Origin: Antedon mediterranea
Lineage: Eukaryota > Animalia > Echinodermata
Direction of reading: 5' to 3'
DNA length: 64,000 bases
NCBI RefSeq assembly: GCF_964355755.1
Contig: NC_092679.1
Span: 11,267,432-11,331,431 of the forward strand
The position numbers and the translations under genes were made by a program. A model generated the notes under the pieces. That model made no database searches, was not told where the DNA came from, and was given only the letters and a program-made list of their open reading frames with translations. Below are positions 51,636 through 64,000 of the stretch, in pieces (position 1 is the first letter of the stretch; each line of letters opens with the position of its first letter).

Positions 51636-54532
51636 GGAATATTTGCTTCGAAACCTCAATTTTTACCGATTTATTAAATTATTTAATAAGTGGAGTATGT
51701 ATCAAGCTACTATATTAAGCAAGTACGTTAGGAAGAAATGTACCGAAGGAATTTAAGAAGGTTTAAATTTGCTATGCAGCGGTCGTAACCCTATCTATGT
51801 AGGCGGCTGAAACGCGCTTTGGTCATGGTTGCTGTTTTATGTATACGCTGTATCTTGGCATAAACTTGATTCCGTATTTCAATTTAAATTGCACCTTACG
51901 GTTAGAATAATCGAAAAAGAAATAAATTAAACATATTAACTTTATATTATAGAGGTAATTACTTAGTTTAATTTGAAATTTGTCTGCTTTCTTCCCGATA
52001 TTTCTTCGGCCGAATTTAGCGTTAGGCTTAGGCCTATATATAACTTAACTTGTAGGCGCGGCCGAATCTACGCCCGGCCCGGTGCTCGAAATGGAATCGA
52101 ACACATAATAAGCACGGGCTTAATTCTTATTTTTAGCGGTTCGAAAATCAATTAAAATAATATTTATGATTATAATTTAAAAATTTAAATTCTAGAATTA
52201 TAAAAAAATGTATACTTACGACAAATAATATTTAATGCAAAGAAACAATACCCACACAGTTTTTTAACACAATATATTTTTTTTTACATTTTAACATTTT
52301 TTAACAATATTTTATGTTGTATTTCAGAAATACCTACCCATCAATATAAATAACTAGGCTCGCACTGGCCGATCGCCAAGTCGCCATGGGCGAAAACGTT
52401 TCTGGATTAGCGAAAAATAAAACGTCTACTTTAGCCATTTTGGCGATGACATATGATAAAATAGATAATTAAATAATCATTTTAGCGAAAGCATAAAGTC
52501 CAACTGAAAGGTCCATTTGTCGATCTCCAAGCATTTATTTTGTTCGTTATCACGTTGTTTACTTCAAGCTCCATTTTTCGTCAACTTGTTTCATTGTACC
52601 AGGCGTCTCATTGTTATTTCAAAAAGATGGAGATAGCAGAGGTAGACTGCACAGAGAGACAGACGTTACATGACACATGGATGATGAAGTCTACCCAAAC
52701 TATCACGTGTTGTGCGCTGCACAAACGATCGACTACGTAGCCGACGGTCGGCTAATTACCTGGATTGTCTATTTTTCGATAGGGGTGTACTTTTCAGATT
52801 AAAAAGAAACATTATAGTATCTTTGATGAATGACGTCTTAATCTTATCGAAATAAAAAATGTATGCGTTATGCATTTTAGAGTCTTCCAATTTAATGTAG
52901 TTTCATATTTTACCCTTAATAAACTTCCCTCGTGCGTCAGTGTAAACAAAACAACATGCGGGAAATGGTAGAGTCTAACGGGGATTTAGCTAAACACACA
53001 CGTGCATCTGTGTTGTGTAAATAAATAATAATCGGGATAAATTTCTCGCCCTGACAGAAACGCTTTGGCGCAGCCTTGAGGGGGATGGAAAGACGTGTAG
53101 GCCTACTCTGTGCTTTGGCCTATATTATCTTACGTTTAACAACGATACGAGTGTTCGTTTGCTAGGAATTTTCGGCGGTTCTGCAGTTTCGCACCTCTTG
53201 AGCATACCCAATTTAAAAACATTAACCCGCTGCGCGGCGGTGATTCTAAGGACACGATTTTCGCATGGTACGCCATGGAAGCCGTCACACGCCAACATGA
53301 CCAGCCAAGCGTAAAAAACAAAAGTAACATAGCGTTCAGGGGATTTCAGAAAACTGTAAAATATTTCTTATTAAATTGATAACTGTATGAATGCTGTATG
53401 ATTAAAAACAATTTGAACAATTGTTTTGATCATGTAAAAAAAATACAAAAAAAAAATATTTTTTTTAATCATACAGTGATTTAGGCATGGTTCTTTATCT
53501 CAATGCCTTACAAAAATGTTCAGGGAACAGTGTATAGACCTGTTGTTGACATAGATAAATTGACTAAAATGTTTTTACCACTATATTTCAAAAATTTTAA
53601 ATTTTGGCTATAAACCGATTCATTTGGCTAAATAAACAAGAAATATTTCTTACAAAAAACGCTGCTCGCTTATTGAAAAATATTTTTTATTTCAAATGTT
53701 TTTGAATGTGTCATTTTATTGTCACATAATAGATAGTTATTTTACCTGAAAAAATGTAATTTAAAGCAACAAATACTTAAATTGTCTGTCAGACAATGGT
53801 TTTTGGGTTTCTTTTCATTTTTTATATGTGAATAAATATTACTTTTTTGTTACAGAAGTGAATACTCAATTTCTGTCACTTTAGTTAATTTTATTGCTAA
53901 GGTCAAATCTGGGGGTCACTTCATCACCCTAGATATTTCAATTGTGAAGTATCCTATTACAAACACAAACTTTAATGGACTGTTTCGATAATAATTCAAT
54001 GAATATCTGACACTGACAGTGAATATAGGGATTTGTAATTTTAGCATGACATGTCCTAATAGACTCTTTCCCAGCCGTTTTTTGGGTCTACTGTAGCAGC
54101 TGGAATCAATAAATCATAGTGGAGTTTCCATTTTCACAAAACTGTCTGTCCTTAGAACTATAACTGCTGCTTGCTTTAGCTTCTGATTGAGTAGTCCTAA
54201 TGGGACGTAGCGGGCTAGAGCAGCAGCGTGAAAAATTTGACTTTAGCCATTTTGGCTATAGATAAACTGATTTGACTAAAAAAAATATTTTGACTTTCGC
54301 CAAATGGCTAAACAAAATGAAATGTTAGTGCTACCCCAGAATAACCTTACTAAAATACATATTACATTCTATGCAATGCAAAAAAAAAGAAAGTCAATTC
54401 ATACACTGGTTCAAAAGTTACGAATCATTTAAAGACGGGTTCTTTTTGGGCATTATTGAGATATTTGGAAAAAATGAGCGCAGAAAGCCCTAAGACCAAT
54501 TTTGGAGAGCGATATCTAAAAAAAAAATGTCG
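51636..54532 (-). mobile_element. Partial copy of family B TAGG MITE, split by an insert
   Basis: Diverged reverse complement of ~58900-59817, interrupted at TCAATATAAATAA|CCTTAC. Confidence 0.85.
52354..54339. mobile_element. hAT-like MITE with 5-bp TSD
   Basis: Imperfect TIR CTAGGCTCGCACT...AGTGCTACCCCAG. AATAA is duplicated at 52349-52353 and 54340-54344. The empty site is visible in the family B copy at ~59085-59100. Confidence 0.75.
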
Positions 54533-54672
54533 AGATCATCCTTTTTAACTTTGCTAACCACAGACTTAGCCTCAACCACACATACCAAGCCTGCGTGCAG
54601 AGGGTCCGAGGACAAAGTCTAAGAAGGGGGCTGGGGATGACTTTTGTTGATTGTGTCTCGAAATAATCGTAC

Positions 54673-54814
54673 CTTGGTCTTCAGAACCTGCATAGAGTCT
54701 CTGAACAGTTGAACTTCCAGATATAAAACAGTTAAGTGTGTTTCCAAATGCCATGACACCAACTACACCGATCCAACTCCTCAAAAATGACTCAAACTTT
54801 GTTGTTGGTAACAT
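54673..54814 (-). CDS. ERG28: ERG28 coding exon 1 (142 nt)
   Basis: MLPTTKFESFLRSWIGVVGVMAFGNTLNCFISGSSTVQRLYAGSEDQ-G|GT matches the ERG28 N-terminus (LRSW...A.GNT...LY). An acceptor just upstream implies a 5'UTR exon further right. Confidence 0.9.
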
Positions 54815-54932
54815 CTGAATAGTATCTAAAAAAATAAAAATCAATAATTTGCAGACGTATGCAAACAAAAGCACTACACATCATACATCGCATGGTTAAT
54901 CTGTACAATTATAAAATACTGAATTTCTATTA

Positions 54933-56012
54933 CAGTGGCGGATCTAGGATCTGACAAGGGGGGGTGGCCACGAAAGTGGCAAACGAGGCGCGTAGCACCG
55001 ATCAGGGGAGGGTTTGGGAAAATTTTTGAAAAAATAGATGCTTACACACTGTTTAATAGGCTAGAGAAACTGTTTCCATCAAACTTAATAACAAATATTA
55101 CATAATGTAAATTTAAATAAATCCTTCCTAAATACATACAGATCTTTTTCGACGAACTAATAATAAACTTTGATCGAAAAACCTTAAAAAAAAATGAACA
55201 TTTGGTAATGCGGTACTCCGAAAATGCCTCAATAGTGCATGTGTTGTGTATGTACCGTGTTTTGGAGGTCTGTTAACCTCAGAGATATATACCCTACAGC
55301 CGGGTGAATAACTCAATGTAATTTGGTATACAATGATTGCAGTAATCGCCGTGTCTATAACACAAATCAAAAAACGCCAAATACGCCACATACTTTTTTC
55401 ATTTCATGTTTATTTTATGCCTATAAAATAATAAAAGAACACCATGTTTCTCGTTTATTTTTATCGTTTATACTGCATACCATAATATTATACAAAAAAA
55501 CCTTCATGCGCGAGAAAAAAGTTCCCGATATTTACACCCCACGCTTACGCTTGCACACACGGACCAGGGCGGCGGAAATTAACTGCTGCAATGGAAAATG
55601 GTATATTTTTGGAGAGTGATGACGTCAGCATTCACACGAGGAGGAGGAGGAGGGGCCGGGGAGCGAGCTAGACAACGTGATGCTGGTAGTTTTAGGAGTG
55701 CATGTGTTTTGAAAATAACTCAGTTGTGGGTATTGTCCGAAGATTTTAAATCGCGTTTTCTTTTTAAACTCTTTGAATTCATAATAGTAATTGAACTCTT
55801 AGCTCTTTCACTGTGTAGGCCTAGGCCTATTTACACAACTATTAATGCTAACCCTCCTAGTAGTAGGACCTAGGTAGGCCTACTCTTCTTAATTAAAAGA
55901 TTAATCCACGTCTAGCGCGACGGTCAATCGCGGGTAGGCCCTAGGTGTTTTTTTTTTTAGAATTAAGGGGGGTGGCTAGCCACCCTATTCACCCCCCCTA
56001 GATCCGCCACTG
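54933..56012. mobile_element. hAT-like MITE (CAGTGGCGGATCTAGG TIR) with 5-bp TSD
   Basis: Perfect 16-bp TIRs. TATTA is duplicated at 54928-54932 and 56013-56017, while the 8-bp flanks do not match. Confidence 0.88.
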
Positions 56013-58595
56013 TATTAGTACCAACCCACGTTTAGGCTTCCATTTTGTTACCCTAGACATAGGCATCCCAAGGAGTTGTGTTGTGACAGTTTTAAAAAAG
56101 TTACTGGCACAACATGTTCCACCCCCTATTTTTAAATGTCCAACCTCTATTCAATTTCAAAATGACACACATGGACCAAAATCCCAATTGTGAACTACTT
56201 TTTATTATTATTTTAACAATTTTAGGCAGAATGTCATACTACAGTACAAGACAGATATTATGGCGGATTATTGCTTTTGTTTAGGTATATTATGATCTTA
56301 AAAAAAAAAATTGAAAACTAATAATATAGGGCCTGTTTCTGCTGTAAAAAAAATAACAGATTTAAATAATTATGTTACTAAATTACCCCTAATTTCTTGG
56401 CAGTAGAAACAGGACAAATTTAAAATAACTCAATTCAATTCAAAAATCTTTAAAATGGACCTGAAATGGGTTTTCGATTTTTTTTATTTAGAATGATGTT
56501 TTGGGGGCTATTAAGTGTTGCTAGAATGTATATTGTTACAAAATATAAATTGGCCCTTTTGGGGAAAGCCCCATTTGAAAATCAAAAATATTCACTTTGC
56601 AAATATATTCCTATCCCTCCAATGGACAATTTGCAGTTTTTTGGCTATAACTCTTGAAATCTATGGAGTATTTTCCAAAAAATGCTTGTGCATTTGCAGA
56701 AACGTAATTAGAATTTTTTTAGATAAAGTCATTACCGTATAAACGGTTATTCATCGAGTAAATGACGATTTAAAATCTTCAAATCAACGGTTTTTTCCTG
56801 GCAATACCGAAGTTAGCCTGGCAACGTTGTCTGGGATACAGCGCCGTGTGCAATGATGCGTATCCATATTTTAATTTCGTGTATTTTGTATATCGTTCGT
56901 AATTTATACTGCTAAAATGTGTTAGTTTCTTTAGCTTTTAGTTTAGCAGAATTAAATTAGTAATATGAGATGATAATTCATTTGTCACAAATCAGGCAGT
57001 TCGAAAACCAATTTTATTCATATTTTACTTTGGCTTGACAATGAGCGCAGCAAGTTGTTGATATCGCTTTGGTCCTTGAATTGGATGCACATGAAACGGA
57101 GCCTCGCCGCCGCATGTGGGTGGGTGGTGGATCGACTTCGTGCGCTGGATTGGGGGCCTACAGTAGGCCTAGTAAAGGTTTGGGAGGTAGGCCTTCTAAA
57201 TTCGGGTTTTAGAACAAACAAAGTAAATTTTAGGGACCTATATTTCAACAACATTAGATATTGAATAAATTAGTATTAGTGTCAACGCTTCGCGTATCTT
57301 TTTAGGCCGTCGATCATTCACTGACTATTGGGCAGCATACACGCCCTCGATATCGTCGTCGTGAATATAGAGGCTTCCGACGGCCGTTAAAATAGAATAT
57401 TGCAATGGCATGAGTAATTTTCGCTAATTTACCAAGGTATCTTAAAATTTCGTTTTTTCTCAAAATACTATACATTTTGTTTTTATTTGTATGGGTTTGT
57501 GTGAATTGGAAAAAAAAAAATAAAAATTTCAGGTCGATTTTAATCATCCCACACGGGGCAATTCAAATAAAAAGGTCTGGATTAAAATGATCTTACAAAA
57601 TGTATACAAAATATCACAATACACAGTACAATATAACAAGAGTCAAAGTTTTCAAGAATTTAAGAGTCGGATGGCCACTGGCAAAAATGATTCCTTTTCC
57701 GGTTTGTTCTACATGCCAGGCATCGAAAGCGACGCCCATGAGGCATGAGCTCGGAAACCACTGAACAAGGCATGGTTAATAATTTTTAGAATAGCTCTAC
57801 TTTTTTCTAGAGTTTGCATGTCACAGAAAGAAGATAAGCTATAAAATCGTTGTATTGTTTTTATTATTGCTTTTACTAATCATGTCGTCATTTTATTGGA
57901 CGTGTGAAAATATTATTATCATCAATGGAAGCATAGATGGATAATCTATAGTTCTAGAATGAAAAGTTTTTTATATTTATTTTGTTTTATGTATGCAAAA
58001 TGCATATTTGTCTAATTATCAATATCATCGATCTTTATCGTACTAGTGTATATGGGCCTTTACTTGAATTAAAAACCAGAAGCCTCCTCCAGTAAACAAT
58101 TAGAATTAGTCATAGGACATACATTACTGTAAACACAATATCTGTGGTCACAACAAAAGAATTGTTTACAGATCACTGAATTTGGTTTACAAAATAACCA
58201 CAAATGAAATACAAACCTTTAGCTAAATTCTAACAAATTCAATCATGCTGAATTTACAGTTTAAAGGGGTAGAAGGAAATGGTAAACTCAAGGCCTCAAA
58301 TTTGGGGATTTTAGGGGCAAAGCCAGTTTGCCGCCAGTTTTTCATTAAGGGGCAACAAGGCCAACTTGAAAGGTGCACCAAGGCCATTATTAAAAGTACA
58401 GTAGTACAGTACATCTTCAAGCTCGAGTGGGAGTCGAGCAATAGTTTTAATATTTATTTCTAAAAAACGTGAAATTGAAAACAAAAGATTTTATAGCCGA
58501 GGGCTAGACTCCAAACTCCAATGTTAGAGGGAACCAACAAGACGGCGCCTGCAATCGGCCAATCAGATATGCCTTACGTAGTACGTCGCTACTAT

Positions 58596-60625
58596 TAGGT
58601 ATCCCAATGTAAAAATTCAAATTAATGATGGTACTTTTTCTTTCAGTTAATCAGAAGGAACTTACTGAACATAAACTTTTGCAATTTAAATGATTGAAAT
58701 CGGATTATCCATTCAAAAGTTATGGTCCGTTAAAGTGCCCAAAAAACAGTGATTTTTGCTTGAAAAATGGCACTTTTTCTAATTATATTTGAACCTATTT
58801 TTGAAGGGTTATAACTTTTATACTAATAATTTTAAAGTTCTTATTTTTTCCAAACCCATAGATACAACAGAGTTGTACAAGAATTTTTTTTTTTGGGTGT
58901 CCGACATTTTTTTTTTTAGATATCGCCCTCCAAAATTCGTCCGAGGGCTTTTTACGCGTGATTTTCCCAATGTCTCAAAAATGCCCAAAAAGTTCCTGTC
59001 TTTAAATGATTCATAACTTTTGAACCAATGTGTGAATTAACTTCTTTTTTTTTGCATTGCATAAAATGTAATATGTATTTTAGTAAGGTTATTTATATTG
59101 ACAGGTAGGTAATTCTGAAATACAACATAAAATATTGTTAAAAAATGTTAAAATGTGAAAAAAAAAAATATTGCGTTAAAAAACTGTGTGGGTATTGTTT
59201 CTTTTCATTAAATATTATTTTTCGTAAGTATACATTTTTTTAATAATTCTAGTATTTAAAGTTATATTTATAATCATATATTATTTTAATTGATTTTCGA
59301 ACCGCCAAAAATAAGAATTAAGCCCGTGCTTATTATGTGTTCGATTCCATTTGGAGCGCCGGGCCGAACGTGGACTCGGCCGCGCCTACTACAAGTTAAG
59401 TTATATAGGCCCCTAGCTAAGGTCTAAATAAAAGCCTGACGAAAATTCTGCCTAAGAAATATCGGGAAGAAATTTTTTATTTAACAAAGTAATTACCTCA
59501 ATGGTATAATTGTAACATGTTTAATTTTATTTCCCTTTCGATAATTCTAACCGAAAGTTGCACTTTGAATTGAAATATACGGAATAAAATTTAGGCCTAG
59601 AAACAGCGTAGACATACAACGGCAACACAGGCCAAAGCGCGTTTTGGCCGCCTACATAGAATGGCTTACGGCCGCTGCATAGCAAAATCAAAGCTTCTTA
59701 AATTTCTTCGGTACATTTCTTCCTAACGTACTTGCTTTATATAGTAGATTTATAAATATTCCACTTATTAAATAATTTAATAAATCGGTAAAATTGACGT
59801 TTCGAAGCAAATATTCCATGAGAGGCGACATTTTTCGACATGCCTCGTGTGCGGCGAAGACTAGTTCAGAAAATGGAACAGTCCACTGCAGGGGTTATCC
59901 AATCATTAATTAACGCGCTAATACATGCATACCATGCACATTGTCTGGGCGACGGTAATTTAGTAATAAGCGGAGAACTGAATCCCCCCCCCCCCCCCCC
60001 CGTAAGGAAAATGGTAAACACTGATATTTATGGTAGGGATTATTTTTTTCAGTGGTTGGTCTTGTTGGCCTCTTCGCACGAGGTCCACGCAAAGTCAAAT
60101 AAAACGATGTGGTTTATCAAACAGAAATATAAATTAGCTTCAATTCAATACTAAATTAGCCAGATTTTGATAATGAGAAAGACTAAAAAATTCAATTTTT
60201 ATCGTTAAAATTGACATTTGAGGCGGATGTACATAATAATAATAACCGATTTACATATCAAAATAAAGAGTATTTAAAGCCTGATAACATGCAACAAAAA
60301 TTACTCCACCACCTATTATGGACCTCGTGCGATCGTGTTTTGAAAATGGGTAGGTGTTTTCCAAAGTTATTTTTAGCGCGCGGATTTCGGCTCGCCGGCT
60401 TTTGTACCTCATTTTTAACTCGCGTTTTCTATTAAAATATTTAATAAACATAGATTAAAAATATATGAAAATAATCCCTTAAACAAGATCTTTCCAGACA
60501 TAATTTTTATTCACATGTGTATATAAGAAATAGTATATTTTTAACTTCAAAAACACGTCACTTTTTGAAATTTCACGAACGTGTTAAAATCGCGGTAACG
60601 AAAATCCGCTTCATTGGGATACCTA
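58596..60625 (+). mobile_element. Non-autonomous DNA transposon family B, full-length (2.0 kb), same TIR as family A, 7-bp TSD
   Basis: TAGGTATCCCAATG...CATTGGGATACCTA. CTACTAT is duplicated at 58589-58595 and 60626-60632. The interior is diverged from, but collinear with, family A. Confidence 0.92.
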
Positions 60626-60632
60626 CTACTAT

Positions 60633-60761
60633 TGGACCCCATTGGAAATGGGCTGGTTTTTCCGGCCTAATGGGTGTTCCTGATGCTCGTTATTTTGTCT
60701 TTTGTCTGTTTGTTATTTTAATGTTGAGCATCAAATAAATTCAATCAATCAATCAATCAAT
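60633..60761 (+). mobile_element. Extreme 3' end of a LINE (CR1/L2-like) with microsatellite tail
   Basis: A CCCATT...AATGGG stem-loop, then AATAAA and (ATCA)n. Confidence 0.5.
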
Positions 60762-62610
60762 TATACGCCTGTGTTGAGCCTATCTGCATGAGATCGATAC
60801 ACAACGCAGCATATTAAGCGTATGAACACGGACGCATTTCATATAATCCTTGTATACAAAAAATGCGATTAACAATATATTTAATTTATAAAAAAAACAT
60901 TGTGCTTCAAAAAGAATGTGTTGTAATGTATAAGGTCTTAATTGGATTACCATTTTTTATATAAATGTTTTTGAACACATTTACGGCTGTCATCTTGTTG
61001 GTTCCCCCTCCTGTTGGAATCACTTTTCAGTCTGGAGTACGCCCTCTAGCCTTCAGCTTATAAAAACTCTCTGCTAAAAACGGAAGATACTGAAGTCAAG
61101 CGCGAAAACATGTGGTTTCTCTTTGCCCTACACAATATGTCTTGTAGTGTTATTTTTGTAAACAAAAATGAAATACCTGTACGGTACGTTTCTATCGGCA
61201 TCCATTTGTAGACGATGAACTGAACATACACCTACAGTAGGCCTAGTCTAGTTTTTACTTTAATATTTATTAGCGTAGGTAAGTGTAGCTAGTTTGCCGG
61301 TGGAACATCGTGCCTCTAATTCAGTCTCCAGTTGTAATTTTGCACTGTCGTAAGTGACGATAAAATTACTAAATTACATGATGATGACGCAAAAAACAAT
61401 TCAATTTTTAACTATAGTCAGTATAAGCTATAGAGGTAAATACTTTCTTTAGATGTTATTGCTATTTAATTAAACAAATAGGTATCCTTGCTTATCCAAG
61501 GCCTTGCAATCTCAACTAAATGTAGTCTAGCAAGGATTGCCTACAGTAGACTTACCTTTCATTCAATCGGAATGAATGACAAGAATCTATTGGATCATTT
61601 TTCAGGTCATGTTTGCTCTAATGTAATTAGGTTATATGCATGATATGCATATAACCTCTTGATTCTGTCAAAATCTTTATTTATTTATTTATTCTTTCCT
61701 TAGCACTATTTTGTCCGTGCATTATCTTGGCATCAGTTTATTCTAGCTAAGTCAAGTTTTCAGAGTATATTCCTCATGGCCAGGAATCGATGTGGTTATA
61801 TTTTCACGATGCGTAATAAAAAATTACGCGGTCTACGCGCGATTTTACGAAATCACGTTTGTAATCATATCTTCACAAGCATGAATCACAATTAAACAAA
61901 ATTTGGTACTCATAAATTTCAGGTCATATTTCATCATATGGCAATAAAATTACGTGCGTAGCGCATATAACGCTTGCGTACGCGCGCTTAAAATGTTCAA
62001 AATTGTCAAAATTTATTTTCGATGAAATTAGAGTACGTTTCAGGCAATTTTAAGCATTTAAAAAATTGCCATGAGTGCGCAGATTTTTGCACGCGCACTG
62101 CGCGTTAAACGTTAATGCGCACTCTTTTTGCCCGATTTCTGTTTTACAATCTTTCTTTAATAATATCATCATATTTGATTCAGGTTTCAACTCGAAATTG
62201 CGTTATACGAGCACGTCAAAAGTGACTGGCTACGCACGTATAAGTTAACAAAATGGTGAAAATATGCTAAATTTTAAAATTAATATATATCGTCAGAATG
62301 CAGGGGAACACCTATTTTTTATTTCATTTTCTTGAAGTGTATGTATCATATGTATGATTTATTATCAAATAAAGAGAACAAAAGTTGATTAAGTCATCAT
62401 TAATTGCATATTAAATTTTAAAAAAATAATTTCGACAATCAAACAAATTATGACATTTTCTTAGGCCAAAATAACAAACTTAACATTAACTTTCTTCCTT
62501 CAAAAATTCATATATTAAAGTTAAAAGTATGTAGTTTGACAGTGCATCATTTGTATACATTTTAAAGATGTCATCATAGTAAAAAATTATAATTCATTTC
62601 GGTATGTAAT

Positions 62611-63927
62611 TAGGTATCCCAATGAAAAAATTCAGATTAATTTTTTTACATTTTCTTTCAGTTAACCATAAAGAACTTAATGTAATTAGCATTTTGCAAT
62701 TTAAATGATTGAAATCCGATTACCCGTTCTAAAGTTATGGTTATTTAAAGTGGTAAAAAAATATACGATTTTTTGCCTAAAAATGGTGTTTTTTGCAGTT
62801 GAAATTGGAAGCATTTTTAAAAGGTTATAACTTTTACAATAATTAGTTAAAAGTTTTGAATTTTGTTAAACCTATAGATATCACAGAGTTGTACAACTCT
62901 ATTTTTTTTGGAGCCTCAACGAAACCTATTTTTTAAATTATTGGTCCGCAAATTGGTAGGAAAGCATTTAACGCCCATTTTTGCTGGAATTCCCTAAAAA
63001 ATGAAAAAACTGCAACTTTTCAATGATCTGTAACTTTTGAACTACTGTACTAATTCATTTAATTTTTTTTGTACTTGTTAGAATGTAGTGTATATTTCAT
63101 TAATAAATATATTTCAGATGTGTATATGAAAAAAAAAAATTTTTTTAATGGTGAAATTTAAAATTATAAAAAAAAAAATGAAAAAGTATGTTAAAAACGG
63201 TGTGTACTGTTTCCTTTCTTTTACACTAATTTTCGGTAAGTATAATTATTAGAATATTTTAATATACTTTATATTTATAATTTCAATCATAAATACTATT
63301 ATATATAACTTTTGAATACGTAAAACAAGATTTTAGGCCCATATGATTATGACACCAAATCTAAGCCGGGCTGCTAAGTAAGATATGCTCTTTTAAGGCA
63401 AACGCACAATATGGGTCAAAATAAACTCATTTAAAATAATCAATGTTAATTAAAACAATTAATTGTTTACCTGAATAGTATATATAACATTATAAAAATT
63501 GTTTTCTTTTCGTATTATTACGTTATTAAATTGAAATACGGAGCTAAAGTTTAGGCCAAGTCACGGCTTACTCGCGATCAGTAGTCGCTCCCGTTAAAGT
63601 ATTTCGGTCGCAGTTAATGACTTTCGGCCGCCGTATACAGAGTCAAATGTAACGTTGGTAAATTAGCTTAATAAATTTCCTCGGTACATTTTAACCTAAC
63701 GCATTTGCATTGTATACTTGCATAATAAATCTTCCGCACATTACATCAATTTTAAGTTGTTAAATTAATGTGTAAAACCAGATATTCTACGACGGAAAAG
63801 GACATGTCAATCTCCGACATCGCTGCTGTCACACATCTCGCGTCGAGCCGGTCGAACTCGAGCGAGGAAAACTAAACAACGTGTTCAAAATATGGAACGT
63901 ACCATTCGCTGATAGGGTGCATTAATG
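62611..63927 (+). mobile_element. Family A TAGG MITE, 3'-truncated or interrupted
   Basis: Near-identical to 5357-6568 and carries segments deleted from the first copy. The left flank is ATGTAAT. Confidence 0.92.
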
Positions 63928-64000
63928 TCGAGGTTCAGGGGCCGAAGGCCCCTGAAAAAATTTTCTATATTGACCTTTATAAGACTCATTTTAATGATGG

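Larger units (their letters stand above)
58494..61050. mobile_element. Old TAG-terminated (Academ-like) non-autonomous element hosting family B
   Basis: Degenerate inverted ends: TAGCCGAGGGCTAGACTCCAAACT...GGGAACCAACAAGA versus TCTTGTTGGTTCCC...AGTCTGGAGTACGCCCTCTAGC. Confidence 0.45.

Noticed and set aside
63934-63956. GC hairpin resembling a bacterial terminator
   Set aside because: There is no downstream U-tract or operon context. Such hairpins are common in subterminal regions of MITEs.

Overview
AT-rich animal genomic DNA, most likely from a marine invertebrate (inferred from the TE repertoire, spliceosomal introns and a Roc-type exon). It is not prokaryotic. The window is a dense transposon graveyard with one recognisable host gene, ERG28, on the minus strand (coding exons 54814-54673, 42637-42547, 40611-40493 and a possibly truncated last exon). 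Its 12-kb intron is a stack of nested MITEs. There is also an orphan Roc/ROCO GTPase P-loop exon. The only intact long ORF is a young Penelope-like retroelement (RT + GIY-YIG, 857 aa) with a 13-bp TSD, an inverted 5' pseudo-LTR and variant hammerhead ribozymes. Degraded relics include DIRS gag, P, Harbinger, pogo, Sola-like, hAT, Gypsy, Rex1-like, two more Penelope elements, and an internally deleted Kolobok that retains its KolX (P2X7-C-terminus-like) gene. The most notable leads are: (i) a Cys-rich domain resembling the RAG1 N-terminus, present as two related relics, one lying upstream of a divergent hAT-like transposase; (ii) TAGG-ended MITEs with 7-bp (C/A)TNNNA(G/T) target duplications that this transposase lineage may mobilise; (iii) several hammerhead ribozyme motifs. 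All family assignments come from motif recognition by eye; no database search was run.
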